Below are positions 38,506 through 53,227 of a DNA stretch of 64,000 nt, piece after piece (position 1 is the first letter of the stretch; each line of letters starts with the position of its first letter). The translations under genes were made by a program, and so were the position numbers. Source of the DNA: Chrysomallon squamiferum (lineage: Eukaryota; Animalia; Mollusca); contig CM022679.1 in NCBI GenBank assembly GCA_012295275.1, forward strand, positions 19,964,001 to 20,028,000, read 5' to 3'. Under the pieces are notes generated by a model. The model did no database searches. It saw nothing but the letters and a program-made list of their open reading frames with translations, and was not told the DNA's origin.

Positions 38506-41490
38506 AAAGGAGTAGGAAGTGTACTAGAGCACCCTAACAAACCATAACTGGTCTGAAATACAATACAAAATTATTTAAAACAAATGTCAAAATACAATTA
38601 TACTGGAAATAAATCCAATCTTGAATGGATCTCGTTTCAGTGCAGTAAGAAAATGCTAAAAGCAATGCAGACCTGTTCATAACAAAAGATGTTAATGTTC
38701 TTTGTTTCTTTCTTTTTCCTTTTTTTCTTTCTTCATATCAAGCTTAAACATATAATACACAAAAAGTACTCTTACAATTTGCAAGAAAATCAAACAAAGA
38801 GTTGCTAACTAACATAAAACCAATTACATCAGAAGCATGTTCACATGAAATGAATAGTTAAATACAATTTAATTTATTTGGAGTTGTGATGAATGTAAGC
38901 TTAAAACAGACCATGTTCCGCTTACACTTATGAGAAACTTCTTTCTTTTTTTTCTTTTTTTCAAATTTCATTATCTACACAAAAAGAATATAATGTGAAT
39001 TTAATACTATGGATATAAAGCTTTATGTTCTTTTAGGTCTAAGGTTGTGTTTCATTTAATGAGTTTACAAGCTTTATTAACTGTTATATTAACTGATCAA
39101 CATATATCTATATATTATTTTGAGAAAAAAAAAAAAAAAAAATGTATTATACAGGGATAGATGTAAATACATATAATAACCATAATCCTTTTGAAAAGTA
39201 CAAACACAAGCAATACTGTAGTAACTGAATGACCAATATCTAGGCACTATTTTCACAAGCTATTAAAACCAACCATCTATGTTAATTTTACTTTACTTCA
39301 ACAACAAATTTGTTGTGCTTTCTGAATGAAAGCTAGTCAGATAAATATTTGTTAATCTATATATATATATATAAGAATAATTAAGAATATATAACAAAAA
39401 AATATATAAAAACAAAAATAAAACAAATTCAAAAAACGTTTTTGATCCCATATTAAAATTACATCAGAGATTGTGTCCCTTTGCTTAGTCTTAGTAACTG
39501 TATAAACAAATGGAAACATAATTGAATTGAAGCAACCGTGAAAACGCCATTTATATCAGCTTTATAATTACCCCTGAAAAATAGTATTAATACTACTGCA
39601 CACGCAGTTTCTGTGCTTTGGGAGTATTATGTATAAAATGATTTGAGATCATTAGCAAGACTGTGTGCATGGTGCATCTGCATGCCTAACTTCTGTAAAT
39701 ATTAAACAGAAAGTGAAAAAAAAAAAAAAAACGAAAAGAAAAATGAAATTATTCTTTTTTAATGTTTAGTAGTTTTATTTTAAATAATACTTTAATCTGG
39801 ATATTTAAATTGATACATTATTTACAACCAAAATTCGGTACTGCAAAATTACTGAAATCTTAAACAGTTGAGAGATATTCAACACTGTATGATGTCAAAT
39901 GTTTAAAAATGCATTTAACATTTTTTTTGTTATTGAAGTAGGTAAATAATTTATGAAGAAGAATATTTTTTTTCTTTTTTACAAACAATCGAGTCATTTG
40001 TCTAAATAAAAGTATCAATAATCTCATGATAAAACTGATTTCAATTAATGGTAGTTCTTAATAAATAAATAAATTCTTCTCAACAACTGACAGAGATTAT
40101 CATAGCATTTAATAAATTAGCTGTTGATCATAAAACAATTTTAACATTTCAATTTCATCTAACTGTAAAATCCTTGTGAAAATGTTTGTTTCTTGATTTC
40201 TAAACATCTGCATTTTTTTAAAATGTGGAGGTTTTTAAATTTGGAGAAGGATTACTAACAGAAAAGAAAACAAATTTCATCTGTTTTTACTTTTGTTTTT
40301 TTTCTTTTTTAATACAGGCTGAGGATCCCTTATCTGAAAATCCGAAATCCGAAAAGCTCTGAAATAAGAATTTTTTTCCAAGCAACAGAAATAGTGATGT
40401 CTTACAGTTTTTGGACTATTGTTCATAAACAAGCTTATTTATTAAAATTATAGATAAAAAAGAAGAAGAAGATGAATTTTATATAAGCTTTATATGAAAT
40501 ATAAATGGAATTTGTATTTAGATTTAGATCCTATTCTCAAGCTGTCTCCTTATATTCCACAATCAAAAAAATTTCGAAATGCGAAACACTTCAGATAAAA
40601 GATTCTCAACCTGTAACAGTTTAAAGATTTATTTCATTTTTTTAATATTAAGACTACTTCTCTTTAAGATATTTTCCTGGGATTTAAAATTTAATCAAAG
40701 GTTCCTTCATGTTTCCATTAAGCTTTATTTTTTATATTATTTTTCCCCCCCAGATATTCTTAAACTGTGCCAGACAAAAAATATACAAAACATTTTACAG
40801 TAGTTGTAAGACAGAACTAACAAAAATCTACATAAAAAGTGAAGAAGAAAGTTGAGCCTACTGGTAACAACTCTTATAGTAGATATTTTCAGTATACAGA
40901 TTTTTAAATTTTATCCTGGAGCTATGAATCATGGCAAGAAGAAGTATGTAACAGAAGTGTTTTCTCTGATGAAACAATTTCTTCTTCCAAAACAGTAATC
41001 ACTACATTCACACACAAACATGACATGGTTAAATTACAGTGTGCACAGAGAAATTAGCCACATACTGTTCTACCATGTGTCAGCACCACTGACATTCAAT
41101 GTACAAGAAAAACCTAAATGTGATTCCTCAAAAATGGGTGAAATGTTTAAAAATAATATTTTTTTTTATTTATTTATATATTTTTTTGTATTTTTTTTTT
41201 TTTTTTTTACATGATGGCAGTGTTTTGTATAGAAATATAATCTTTCTCTTTTTAAAAACATTTTATCTCCACTTTTTAAAATAATTCCAAATATCTCCCA
41301 TTTATACAAAAATGGGATGGAAAATAAAAAAGTTTTGAAAGGAATCCTTACATATATACATAATACAGATGAATTTTAAATGGTCTGTGTTGAATTTCTC
41401 TGTACACCTGACAAGAGGACACATCTGATATGTTCTAATCTACACAGTTGTATAACAGTGAGACAAATAGTCAATACAGAGAGCTAACCA
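35825..41490 (-). other. Probable long 3' UTR of CNOT6
   Basis: No coding exons follow the stop at 41491, and the minus strand is U-rich. A candidate AATAAA (forward TTTATT) lies near 35825. The true end cannot be determined from sequence. Confidence 0.35.
40315..40613. mobile_element. pogo/Tigger-type MITE (Tc1-mariner superfamily), 299 bp
   Basis: TA target duplication on both sides. 24-bp TIRs CAGGCTGAGGATCCCTTATCTGAA / reverse complement CAGGTTGAGAATCTTTTATCTGAA (20/24 match). The internal AAATCCGAAATCCGAAA is characteristic of Tigger4/MER46-like elements. Confidence 0.85.
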
Positions 41491-42575
41491 CTATCTCTGC
41501 TTGCCGCATGTCACTGTAGTTGTGATTGCAGCAGTAGTTGAAGAGTTGGGTGGCTGATACAACATCTCCAGCTCGATGAACAATGAAAAATGGTCAGATG
41601 GCATGTGGGGATGAGGACAGCCAATCACCTTGTTCTGGCGAAACCATTCCTCGTCATGTGGACCCAGCATCCCCAAAATCTTTATGTAGTCACGAGAGTA
41701 GAAGATGTAGTCAATAATTCCCTTGAAGTCATATCTGAAACAAAACATAGTACAAGATGTTTTCAAAAAAAGGGGTGTGTACTTAATATTCCAGTGTTGA
41801 AATAATTATTTTACACCACTCTTCAAATACTAAGAATTTTTATTTAGTTACAAATCAATATATGTATTTTTTAGTTGTAGTAAACTGTGGTAATTATAAA
41901 CTGAAAATAAGGTATTACTGTTATAAGATAAAATGTAAATAAATAAAGAAAAAGCAAACAAAACAAAATACCATGTTTCTTTAATAAACTATTAGTCTGT
42001 TAACGGTTTGTTTTCTGTTAAGAAAAATTAAAATTTCACATACACAAAAAAACATATTAAGAAGTTTTTGAACATACGTGTAATTTGTGTATGGCATCAC
42101 ATCATTATAGGCACGTGCAAGTTTAAAGTTGTGGTTGAAAAATTCCTTTTCATTGGCATGGTTGATCTTCTTAAGACAGGACTCATAACACATCTCCTTG
42201 AAGTCACCATGGTTAGCTGCCACCTTTCCTGAGGTCAGGTACTCCACAACACCTGTAATGTAACATATATAACAAAATTAAAATTTTATCACCTGCAGAG
42301 GTTGATGATCAATTACCTTAGTTTCAAAAAGTTTCAAATATGAACTCACTTATATGAATAATTTCACTTAACTCGTGTATTTTATATATTTTATTGCATG
42401 TTTTCCCTATGAATATTGAGGATGAAATGTGGAATATTAAAAGCTGTGCTAGAAACGATCAATTGTGAAAATCCAATGTCTGAATATTCAAAGATGCATC
42501 CTCTAGTTAATTTTCATATATCAGTAATTCTTTAAAAGTATTTCATGTATTCTTTTAATAAAGTATTTTGTGAAA

Positions 42576-42628
<53 letters not shown>

Positions 42629-43737
42629 TAAAGTTACTGTATAATTTAAGAAAACCTTTCCCCTTTTAATAGCATCCAAATAGAACCCAATGTACATTTT
42701 AAAAAATTATCTCCTTACTAGAAGCTTCAAAGCATTTGAATCTTTAGACATAATTTACTGAGATATCAAGTAACATCTTGCAATAAAAAATATGAATATT
42801 ATCATAACAATAAAGCAGAAAATAACTATAAACCCAGACTTCAGCTAAATGGATTTTCATTTTTATCATTTTGGCTTTGGTGTCCTGTGAAATCATGACT
42901 TGAATATTAATGTTATGCTTTGGAAGTAAGCAAAAGAAAAAAAGAAAGAAAAACAAAAAAGAAAAAATAAACAAAGTAGTCTGAGAAAACAAAATACATT
43001 ATACATTTTGACAACATATATAAGGCTTAGAAAACAACCATCATGTATACATCAATTTGTGTGTTTTTGAACTGGTGCCACTGTACCTGAATCTGGTAGA
43101 GAGTTTAAATCTCCACAGAGCAGAACAGGCATGTTTGGACTCTCTCCTGGACGAAGCTTCTGGCCAGAGAACTCCTCAATAAACTGGCGGAGTTCCCACA
43201 TCAACATCATCGTCTGAATGAGTTTGACATCACTGAACTCTGGATCCCAGTGGATGTGAGCTGTTGCCACAAGAAGTTTTTGTGTTCCCTTGTCAGGTGG
43301 AGGTGGTCCTGTAGAAGCAACAAATGTAATATAATTTGTTTTACCAATGGTACTCAGATGCAACATATACATGTTTTTTCCAGTAGCACCCATTAGCAGT
43401 AACGTTTTACACACTTTCCTCAAAACAGCAAAGCATATACCACAGACTTTGACTTTAAACTTAAATATCTGCATTAAGAACAAAAACAATAAATAAAAAA
43501 ATAAATAAATAAAGAAGAAAAATAAAATTATATCCCCAAAATACATTAAACACCCAAAACCTGAGACAAGTCGACAGAAAAGCAGAAGCACAGATATGTA
43601 ATCTAATGAAAACAAATAAAAAATTCCATTACAGCATTTCATTTATTGTTATTAATGTGTTTTTAAACAAGATTTTTTTTTAATTTAAAAAAAATAAAAT
43701 GAACACACATACACACACCCTGACATCAGCCATCATT

Positions 43738-43768
<31 letters not shown>

Positions 43769-46700
43769 ATTATTATTATTTTAAAATATTTCAAAAATAC
43801 AGACAGAAAATGTTTTTGATATATACAGCTGTGATACTGCTAGTTGTATAACAATTGTCCTCAACAGCTGACCTTTCCTTAGCCCAAAGCAAAGACCGTG
43901 CCAATCATTAGAGTGTAAATCAGTTTGTACATTCGTTTAGCCTGCCAGAGCCGTCATCACATGATCAGCATGACCGGTCGTGTAACCACTTCAGTTAGGA
44001 CATTACTGTCAGCCCACCAAACATTTGTCATCATCTTCATGCCTGCCCAACTTAGTGGGCTTATACACAAATATGGCATACCACAATTAATGTCAAAATA
44101 AAATTCATATTTATTTACTTACATTTTTTATATTTTTCAAAAAAATAATAATAATAATAATAATAATAACAACAACAAAAGCAATGAAAAAAAGACAGCG
44201 ATATCCCAGTTTGAAGCAGAGAGGAAATAAATTAGTCTTTTCAAGAAGAACCGATTTTATTAATGTCAAATGTAAAAATACTTGTCAGTGCTGATAAAAA
44301 TAACTGCTGACTGGCCTAGACAAAGACATTCAAGTGGAAAACAACAGTTTGATTACATTTTTTTTTTAAGATAATAACATCTCTGTACAGACACTCTTCA
44401 GGCATTCTTTCCTTTTAAAATTTTACTTTCTCTAATATTATCAGCATGGTTTGTGATGCCTAGAGGACCAGTGAATAATGTTAAGTATACAGATTTGAAA
44501 AATGTCAGGATAACATGTTATTAATTCCTTTTATTTATCTACATCTCTACTGCTACCTCTGTCCCTTGTCTGACTTTTAATTTTTCTTATCAATAGTTAC
44601 CAACAGTTATGCTGTAGTCATAGAATATTTTTCAAAATGTTTTATTCACTGTAATTTATATTTTTAAGAAAGAATGCTTGAGCTGTGTGCATCTCAAGTA
44701 ATATCCATGGAACAGAAAACTCCATTAATTGTGGAGATTAAGGTACTCAAAAGTCTTAGGATTCTACATTCTTACTACAAACTAATGGCAATGCAACTTA
44801 GCATATTTTGAGAGAAAACAAATCAAAAGTTATTGACATTGTTGTACCATTTTCATAGACTGCTTCTTTGGTCTCCAAGATGGCTGCCAGACCAATATTG
44901 TCTTTGGTCATCACCCGGTTCAACATGTCATCAGAACCTTCAGCATTTGCCATGGCAATCTGATTGAACTCTATCAAGTGTTCTTTCACAAGAGTGAACC
45001 TGCAAAATCAAATGAGGAAACACTAAGCAATTTTGTTACCTCTTGTTTATCAATAATAAATATTCACTGTGGCAAGTAACTTGAATAACAAAATGGGATG
45101 TACAGTAATTTGTACTTAACAGTAATTATTCACTGGAAATAAAACAAAACTAATAAATATGAGTAATAATGAAATATAACTTTTTAAAATTACTATAAAA
45201 TCTAATATGCTAGATTATTTTTCATATGTTAGTGTTTATTTATTATGTACATGAATAGTAGCTGCCAGTTTTTGTGAATTAATGTGAAAATGTAATATAT
45301 TTCTTAGTAAATAAATAACGCAAGACAGCATAAAACAGCATCAAGAGAAAAAAAAAAATGGGTATAAGGAAGATATGGTTACTTTGTCACTTTGAAAAAG
45401 ATAGCACATCCATCCACATGTTTCCGTTCTTGTTCTGACATGGTCCTGGCACGAGATTTTGGGGAAAATATTCCATCATAACCATCAGCTTTCAGTTCTG
45501 GGAGAAACAGGTTGTAGAACTGGTCTGTTTCCACCTCCTGAAAAAAAAAAATAATAATAAAGAAACTGCATATAATATTTTTGGGGATTCAAATTTCAAA
45601 TCAAAAAGAACCTGAATTACAATCTACAAACTTTTATCATACTGTAATAAAATAAATTCTAATTACCATGAAAAACAACAACAACAACAACAACAACAAA
45701 ATGATGATAATAAAAGAAAAGAAAAGCTAAAACAAAAATAACACACACCTTCGTTGTTGTTTATTACTAATTTTGCTACAAAACAAAACAGATGTTTTGA
45801 TGCAACAGCAATAAATCAAGCTGTGAATAATGCAGTTGATGTTGTTTTTGTACAATGCTTATTAATCAGATAAGATCCATCTGACAAAAAATCGCACAAT
45901 TTACATAATATAAACAAATCAAAGTGTTTCCACAGCTGTGGAAATCAATGAAATCAAAACAAAAGGTCATACATATCCTGTGAAGTAAGAGACACAAAAC
46001 ACAAAGAAAAAGGAAGCAGAGAGATATAAAGGTATCAGGTATTCAGAGGGAAAATCAAGTCAGATACATGAATGAGTAAGTGAATTAAACATTTCATAAT
46101 ATGTCTTAATGGTAATATGTGAAAGAAGAAACCAGCTCGTATCACTCCATGGCTACTGTCAATTAGCAGGATATTAACATTGATATACATATTTTCAGAT
46201 AGGAAAGCACATACTGTAAACAAAATCGTGTACTCCAGAGACAGATCTTGTAATCCTTAATATCCCAAAACACAACATGTTTTTTTCTAATTACAGATTC
46301 TTTTATTTATATATATCTATCTATATATAACTGATAACTTTGCAATCACCTTGATACATGTTACACAATAACTGGTGAAAATATGCAGATATTGCTACAT
46401 GTTCTGCTCACAACTTTATCAACTTTAACCTTCATACAACAGGTTCCAAACATGCTCCATAGAAAACAGATAATAAAAGTAATTTCAAGTCTTTCATAAA
46501 CAAGACATTTTCCCCATTTCTTTTCCAAGGTTTAGGGGTTTATTAATTTATTACATTAGCAAAATCACAATTACATTTTTATCTTTTCATAAGCACAAAT
46601 ATTTTGCTTTAGCTTCTAGAAATATTTTTTGTTTATTTTGTAATACAAAGAGGATGGTATGGTCATTTTCTTTAGTTTCAGTTACCTTATTATTAAAAAT

Positions 46701-49700
46701 CTACACTAGAAGCCTTTACAAAATAAAATTAAGCAATGTGTATTTTATATCCATTTCATTCTTTTGACTGTTTTGATCCAGCTGACCTGATGGGTCACTA
46801 CAGTTCAAGGCAGCTGGAGTTCTATTTTTTTCTTCTTTTTGCTTTGTTATTTTCACCACTTAAACAAGGTGAAGGGAATTCACTGAATATATCAATGTCA
46901 AAAATAATAGATATCAGTCAAAAGGTGTAAAGTGCGATTTATTTAAACATTTCCATCCACAGAATTTGAAAATGTGAATTTGGTCATGGATAAACAATGT
47001 GAACTTGAGTTCAGCTGGCATTTGTGATAGTGTCGTATCTTTTTTTTAATTTTTATTTTTTCAATAAAACATGTTCAAATCAAAGTTGTTCGGAGTAGAT
47101 ACTTGAAATGCATCAAATAAAACTGATTCTGTTAACATCTTTCAAGTTGGGAAGTGTTAAATTTATTATTTTCTGAATTGCCAGTGCTCCCCTTTAAGAA
47201 ATACTTGAACTTTTTGAATGGAAGTTAAATGGATAATATTGACTGTCTGAGTTAATGCCTGTTCTTGCCTAAAGCCAAATAAGAAGACAAGCAATGAGAA
47301 TATCTTCAATTTTTAAGAATTATTTCATTCTGATAGATACCAAATCTGAATTTTACTGTAAAAGATATCAAAAAATAAAACCGTTATATTATGATGATCA
47401 TGGATATGTCTTTATTCCAGAGAAAGGATGCCACCAATTGCTGTCATTATAGTTTTTTGACAGATTTCATTATTTAGAAAAATGAGGGTTTTTTTTTTTT
47501 TTTTTATGTTTATTAGACAACAATATTAGAGAATGAAACATGCAAATGTAAGTATATAAATATGTTTCATTTTCTGATATTGTTGTGAAATAACATAAAA
47601 GAAAAAATATATATATTTATCTTATTTTTATTGGTCAAAAAATGGATCCTTCTAACAACATATACATGTTTATCCACAGTGAAACTGGAAACTAAATCCG
47701 TATAGCACCTTGGCGTTTGTAGTTACAATATTGATTTCATAGAGCTAACTTAATTACCACAATTACAATACAAACTTTTGCTTGATGTCTGCTGTCTTGG
47801 AGGCAAAAACTGGAACAGGGCATAAATAAAATGTGGCAGTACAAAAACACTGTCTTTAAAGCAAACTTAAAACACACATACAGAATTATTTTCTTAAACT
47901 AATATTAGCATGTCAAATATTCCATATTTTTATCATGAAAGGTGACATCATGCCTTAGGAAATTAGCCTCAAACAAAAGTTCATCAGGTAATAAATCTTG
48001 TTTGAAGTGACAGCTGTTTGATTAGATCTGTTTCTGCAGTGGTCTTGGTGAACTCACTTCAACCCAGTGGTCATCGTCATGCACAAGCTGGACAACTGGG
48101 TTAAACAGATGACCCTATCTGATTTATGGGCAGTGTTGAAGCTTGGTGGTTACAGAACTATGCTCAGCTGTGTTAGGTCAGAGGATCACTTCTTGACAGC
48201 ACACTTTTTTTTATATTCTAGTTACTGTTGACTTGTTTATCAAAGGTTACAATATCTCTCTACTGGAAGATACATATATACAATACTTTGTTGTAAAAAG
48301 GTAAACAGAGACTTATAAATTCATTTCACATTATCTTGACAGAAATTAAAAACTGTTAATTTCTAGCAAATTTCAAAAATAACTGAAGTGTTGAGTTTTA
48401 AATTATGTACATTCAAATGTTTTCACTCAGTTTTGGATAACTTTTAATCAATACATAAAAGATAAACATTTAATGTTTGGCTTATGTGACCAAGAAATTA
48501 TCATTATTGTTTTTGTCTCAGTTTTTGGTTTTAATATTTTTGATATTTCTTTCCAGGTTATTTTTTTCATTTTTCTTTCTTAAATGTAAATAAAAAAAAA
48601 TTAAATTAAAATGTTTTCATTACTGATTAAATAATAAAAAAATAATAATAATAAAATAAAAAATAAATTATAAAAAATAAGATAAATGAAAGAAAAATTT
48701 TCTCTCTCTCTCAACAATTCACCTGAAATTCAAGATGTCCATTCATCTGACTGCAATTTCACATAAACATTTCAGAACATTCCATTAATTAACTGAACAA
48801 ATTAATTTAAAAAATTTTGTAAGGATCTGTTTCACAACAACCGTGACTTTGAAACATTTGATTAATGAATTTAAGTAGACTGTAACAGACCATAAAAATC
48901 TATTATATCAGAATTATTTTTCTTTTATTCTGACATGGTAAGCTTGGGCAGATTAATTCACACCTGTAAGCTGATAATGTCAGCATTGTAGTTTCGGATT
49001 TCTTCCATAATTCCCTTCTTACGGTATTCCCAGTTGAGGGCCCATGAGGGACAATACCCGTATTGCTGTTTGGTGCAGTACTTGTCACAGAGAACATTGT
49101 AGCACATTACTGTGAATATTGCTGAAAAATATAAAATAAAATAAAAAAATATATATATACTGTATGTGTGTGTGTATATATATTTAAGTATATATATGTA
49201 TGTGTGAATGAGTGTATGTGCAAATGAGTGTATGTGTGTGTCTTCACATATGGTTGCATATATAATTAAACGAATACAAATTAAAATGTAAAAATAACAA
49301 AAAGTTAAAAGAAAGAATTTGAGTTAAAAAACAAAATAAAAACATTAAAAAATTAAATCATCATTACAAAAAAAAAAGTGTTTTGTTTTCTATAGGTTTA
49401 CCGGATGCTAATTAATTAACCAGCAAAGCAAAATTACCATTTCCAAATGGTAAACAATAATTTAATTATTGATCTTGCAATGTTTTGTTTATTTATTTTT
49501 TTATTTTTTTAAATAATAATAAGAAAAAATTTCATTAGAAAAATATAATAACATTTGTTAATTAACTCTGGGAAAAACAAATGGATCTCATGTAACAAAA
49601 GCATATATTTAGATCAATATACAATGGACAACTCAAAGATGGTACAAGCTTCATCATTTTATAAAAGGGTGTTGCCCTCACTGCTTCAGGTAGATATGTC

Positions 49701-52700
49701 CAGTTTATTGGATTTTCTAATTTCCATTAGCCTGTCAATATGAATGAAGGTTATTGGCTTCACGAGTAAGCAGCAGTCTCTTTGGATACAAGATTTCTCT
49801 CAGAGTGAGTGGGTGTACAACCTGTCTCTATCTAATTTTGCCCAAAACTATTTGATTCCTGTGAAAGGCAGCATTCTTCCAAGCTGAGCATTATTGCAAT
49901 TCATTATTGTAAACAGAGTAGCAAGAATTATTTAATAAGCTGACATATTTCTGAAATGTCTTTTAGAATTTAGATAATAGTGACGTAAAGGAAAATCAGA
50001 TATTTTATCACTTTTCATTAATAAATATGTTTTCAAAGAATAAAATTTTAAAAAGAGACCATTTTATTGTTACTCAAAAAAAAAAAAATAATAATAATAA
50101 AATAAAATAAAAACAAACTAAGGAAAAATAAATAACCATAATAAATCTCTGAATTATTAAATATTTCTGATGAAACAACCTTAACATGAAAACTGCTAAG
50201 GCAACATTAGGATTACGCTAACAACTAACAACTGGATTTAAAAAAAAAAAAAAAATCTTTTTAGGTGCACTTTCAATATAAAGAGGAAGTAATTACAGAA
50301 GACTTTCATACACATCCAGCGAGACTGTTCAAGTGGTTTTAATGAATGAACTCAAAGCAATTTATGCATCAGTAAGCACTTTTACCACAAAAGTGCAGTT
50401 TCTTTATGCAAGTTTAACCGATTTATTCAAAGGATTTATAACACACATTATTTCCAAACTTTATTCAAGATGATTCTTATTTTCATTACATAATAAAGTA
50501 CTCAAAAAAATAAGAATTTTCTATCATCTATATATATTTTACTTATTACATCTTTGAATGGGTTAAATAAAGAAACATTTCTTGTTTATTCATTTAATAC
50601 ACCAAAAACGACACTATCAACAAATTAATAAAATGAATCATTAAAAATTTTGAATTGTAACTCAAAACTTGGAGCACCTGTTTATAGACCAATCCTCAAA
50701 ACTGCACCTATTAGCCATTTCCCTCCACTCACTGTCCTCCTACTGGTTTGCCAAAAAAGGCAACTGTGTGTATTTTAAAATGTTTGAGAAGATGCTGTTA
50801 CTTTTATAAATTTGATTTTACTTCAAAAAAAAAAATTATTATTACCATTATATTTTCTTTTCCTTTTGTTAAAGAATAAAAACCTACAAATCAAGAAAAT
50901 GTTTTTAGTGAAACAAATTCCAAAGGAATTATTTATATTAACCAGAAAGGATAGCTAGTGACATATTTCCACTGGATACATCATCTGTCTTATTCACACA
51001 TAGCTAACATTCTCCAGCATGATCTGAATCATCTGTCATTAAAGAAAGTGCATCTAGAGTTTGTTTTGTTTATCTATTAACAAATATTATTTTGACCCTA
51101 TGGTATCCTGTGAAACTGAAATAATATTTATTTAACCACACTGTAACAAATGTGATTTTTATATTTTTTAATTCTTTATTTGTTTTTTATTTTATTTTTG
51201 CAATGATTACATACAAAAGAAGAAACCTGTTCCTGTCTTTCCATTAACAGAAGCAAAGATCTTTGATATTTATATGTGTACATTTCAAAATTATCACTTG
51301 CTATTCTATTAATATTTCTACTATTATTAAATTTAACTTTGTTATTTTAAAGCATAACTGTTGATTTCAGTAATTTGGAAGTAAGTTAATTTACTATTAT
51401 ATTAATATTTCTACTACTAATAAAATGTGACATCATGTATTGTTGTAGCATAACTGTTGATTTCAGTAATTTGGAAGTAAGTTAATTTACTATTATATTA
51501 ATATTTCTACTACTAATAAAATGTGACATCATGTATTGTTGTAGCATAACTGTTGATTTCAGTAATTTGGAAGTAAGTTAATTTACTATTATATTAATAT
51601 TTCTACTACTAATAAAATGTGACATCATGTATTGTTGTAGCATAACTGTTGATTTTAGTCATGCGAATATGAGTTAGTCAGTGAATGATTTATTTCATTT
51701 AAGTATCATAAGATGAACTTTACTGCTGGTTTCATTTTCAATGAAGCAGTCTCAGTGTATCATATTTCAATTTAATATCTTAGTGATTCCATTATAATGA
51801 AGTCAGACTATCACGGTCAATGTATCTCACTGATTTCAGTATCTCAAACAGTCTGCTTATGGTCTGTGACTTTGTTTACTAATATCTGCATTCTGAAAAC
51901 ACCTATATTGTCACACCTAAGACATGATTGCTATGTATATACAAAGACAGATCTGTAGTCCATACATTAGTTATTATATATAACAAATGTCAATCAATCA
52001 ATATGCATGCTCACTATATGAATTTACTTTAATGTTATCTGACACAGACTGTCAACACATTAAACTGGGACTGGTAGAACAGGATTACACCAACTCTATT
52101 ATGGTGATGAAAATGTTTAGTTAGACCATCTATTAATATTATTAAATTACTCAGGTATAAACTGCTTCCTCATTACATCTGACACCAAAGACATATCTCT
52201 GACATAAACAAGTATATTAAATACATTTTTAATAATTTATGAATAGAAATGATTTTGCCTGTAAATATTTTAAATATTTTCCTTCAGGTTTTCAAGTTAC
52301 AGATACAATTTTTGTTTTGTTTTTGGTCCTTTACCAACAAATTAAATTACTTTAATGTCTTTAAAATACTGTTTTCAACAAATGCAGATTTTTTGGGGGG
52401 ATATGCAGTTTTCCATAAACATTATTGCATAATCATAAATATCTATAACAAAAAAAGGGCTTTAAAAAGTTTCATTTTAACCAGTATAAGCTATTTACTC
52501 TAAGGGAATAACATACATAACATGTTAAGATCAAGAAGTAACATGTAAAAGGAATGACACAGGGACTAGCTGAGCAAAGATATGACAAGTATGAATGCTA
52601 GACACAGACAGGGGCAAACAAAGCTTTCTATCCAGTGACAACAGTCTGCCTAAAGATGCCACAAGTCCAAAGGGCAAGCTTTAAATGTTTGAACAGATTT

Positions 52701-53227
52701 AAAAGAATAAACAATTGCAAAAACCATAAGACAGTGCAAATACATGTCATGAAGAATGTCACATAAAAATCATCATCAAATAGTTGCTGTTATTTCTCAC
52801 AGTCATTTTTTTACTCCACATCCAAATACTGCAACTGTATTATATCAGTTCTATTTATTATTTGTTTTACTTTAATGAAATGATATTCTCAAATGTGAAA
52901 TATGTGTCGTTAATAAATGAGGGTAGAAATTTTCCCAATGGGTAGTTAATAGTACTAATATTTAATAATGTATCAAACTTTATACCTATATAAAACATGC
53001 ATACTCACTATATATATTTCTTTTTTCTTTTTTTGTTAAGTTTAATAAAAAATAATAAAAATAAAAAATAAAACAGGGCAGGTGGTTTTGTCATTTGTGA
53101 TTTAGGTTACGGAAAGACTGTTACAAAAGTGACTTTATTAAAAATTGCTCAAGCTTACCAGCTGGCCTAGTTCTGTCAGGTTGCTTTGTTGATATCCACT
53201 GTCTCTGAGGTGGCTGTGAAGCATTGA
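41491..53227 (-). CDS. CNOT6: CCR4-NOT subunit 6 (CCR4/twin deadenylase), EEP nuclease-domain exons; canonical LRR exons not in the window
   Basis: Exons 53159-53227, 48964-49121, 45383-45537, 44848-44999, 43087-43308, 42078-42252, 41491-41734; GT-AG with consistent phases. Motifs: QPPQRQW...PDRTRP, FTVMCYNVLCDKY, YGYCPSWALNWEYRKK, LQEVETDQF, FSPKSRARTMSEQERKHVDGCAIFF, LNRVMTKDNIG, HIHWDPEFSDVKLIQT, CGDLNSLPDSGVVEYL, YTNYTYDFKGIIDYIFY, PHPHMPSDH. Confidence 0.98.
42577..42627. repeat. (AC)n microsatellite
   Basis: Pure AC run. Similar runs lie at ~18833-18871 (GT), ~20955-20987, 53785-53834 and ~59864-59896. Confidence 0.95.
51351..51655. repeat. 96-bp tandem repeat, 3 apparently identical copies plus a partial copy
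   Basis: AGCATAACTGTTGATTT starts at 51351, 51447, 51543 and 51639 (period 96). An older degenerate partial unit lies at ~51300-51350. Confidence 0.95.

Noticed and set aside
35825-41490. Pumilio elements (TGTAHATA on the minus strand at 39819-39826 and 41353-41360) in the CNOT6 3' UTR
   Set aside because: About this many are expected by chance in 5-6 kb of such AT-rich sequence.
50942-51115. Possible additional short alternative CNOT6 exon (MSLAILS, phase 1)
   Set aside because: Weak donor (GTTAAT) and no other support.
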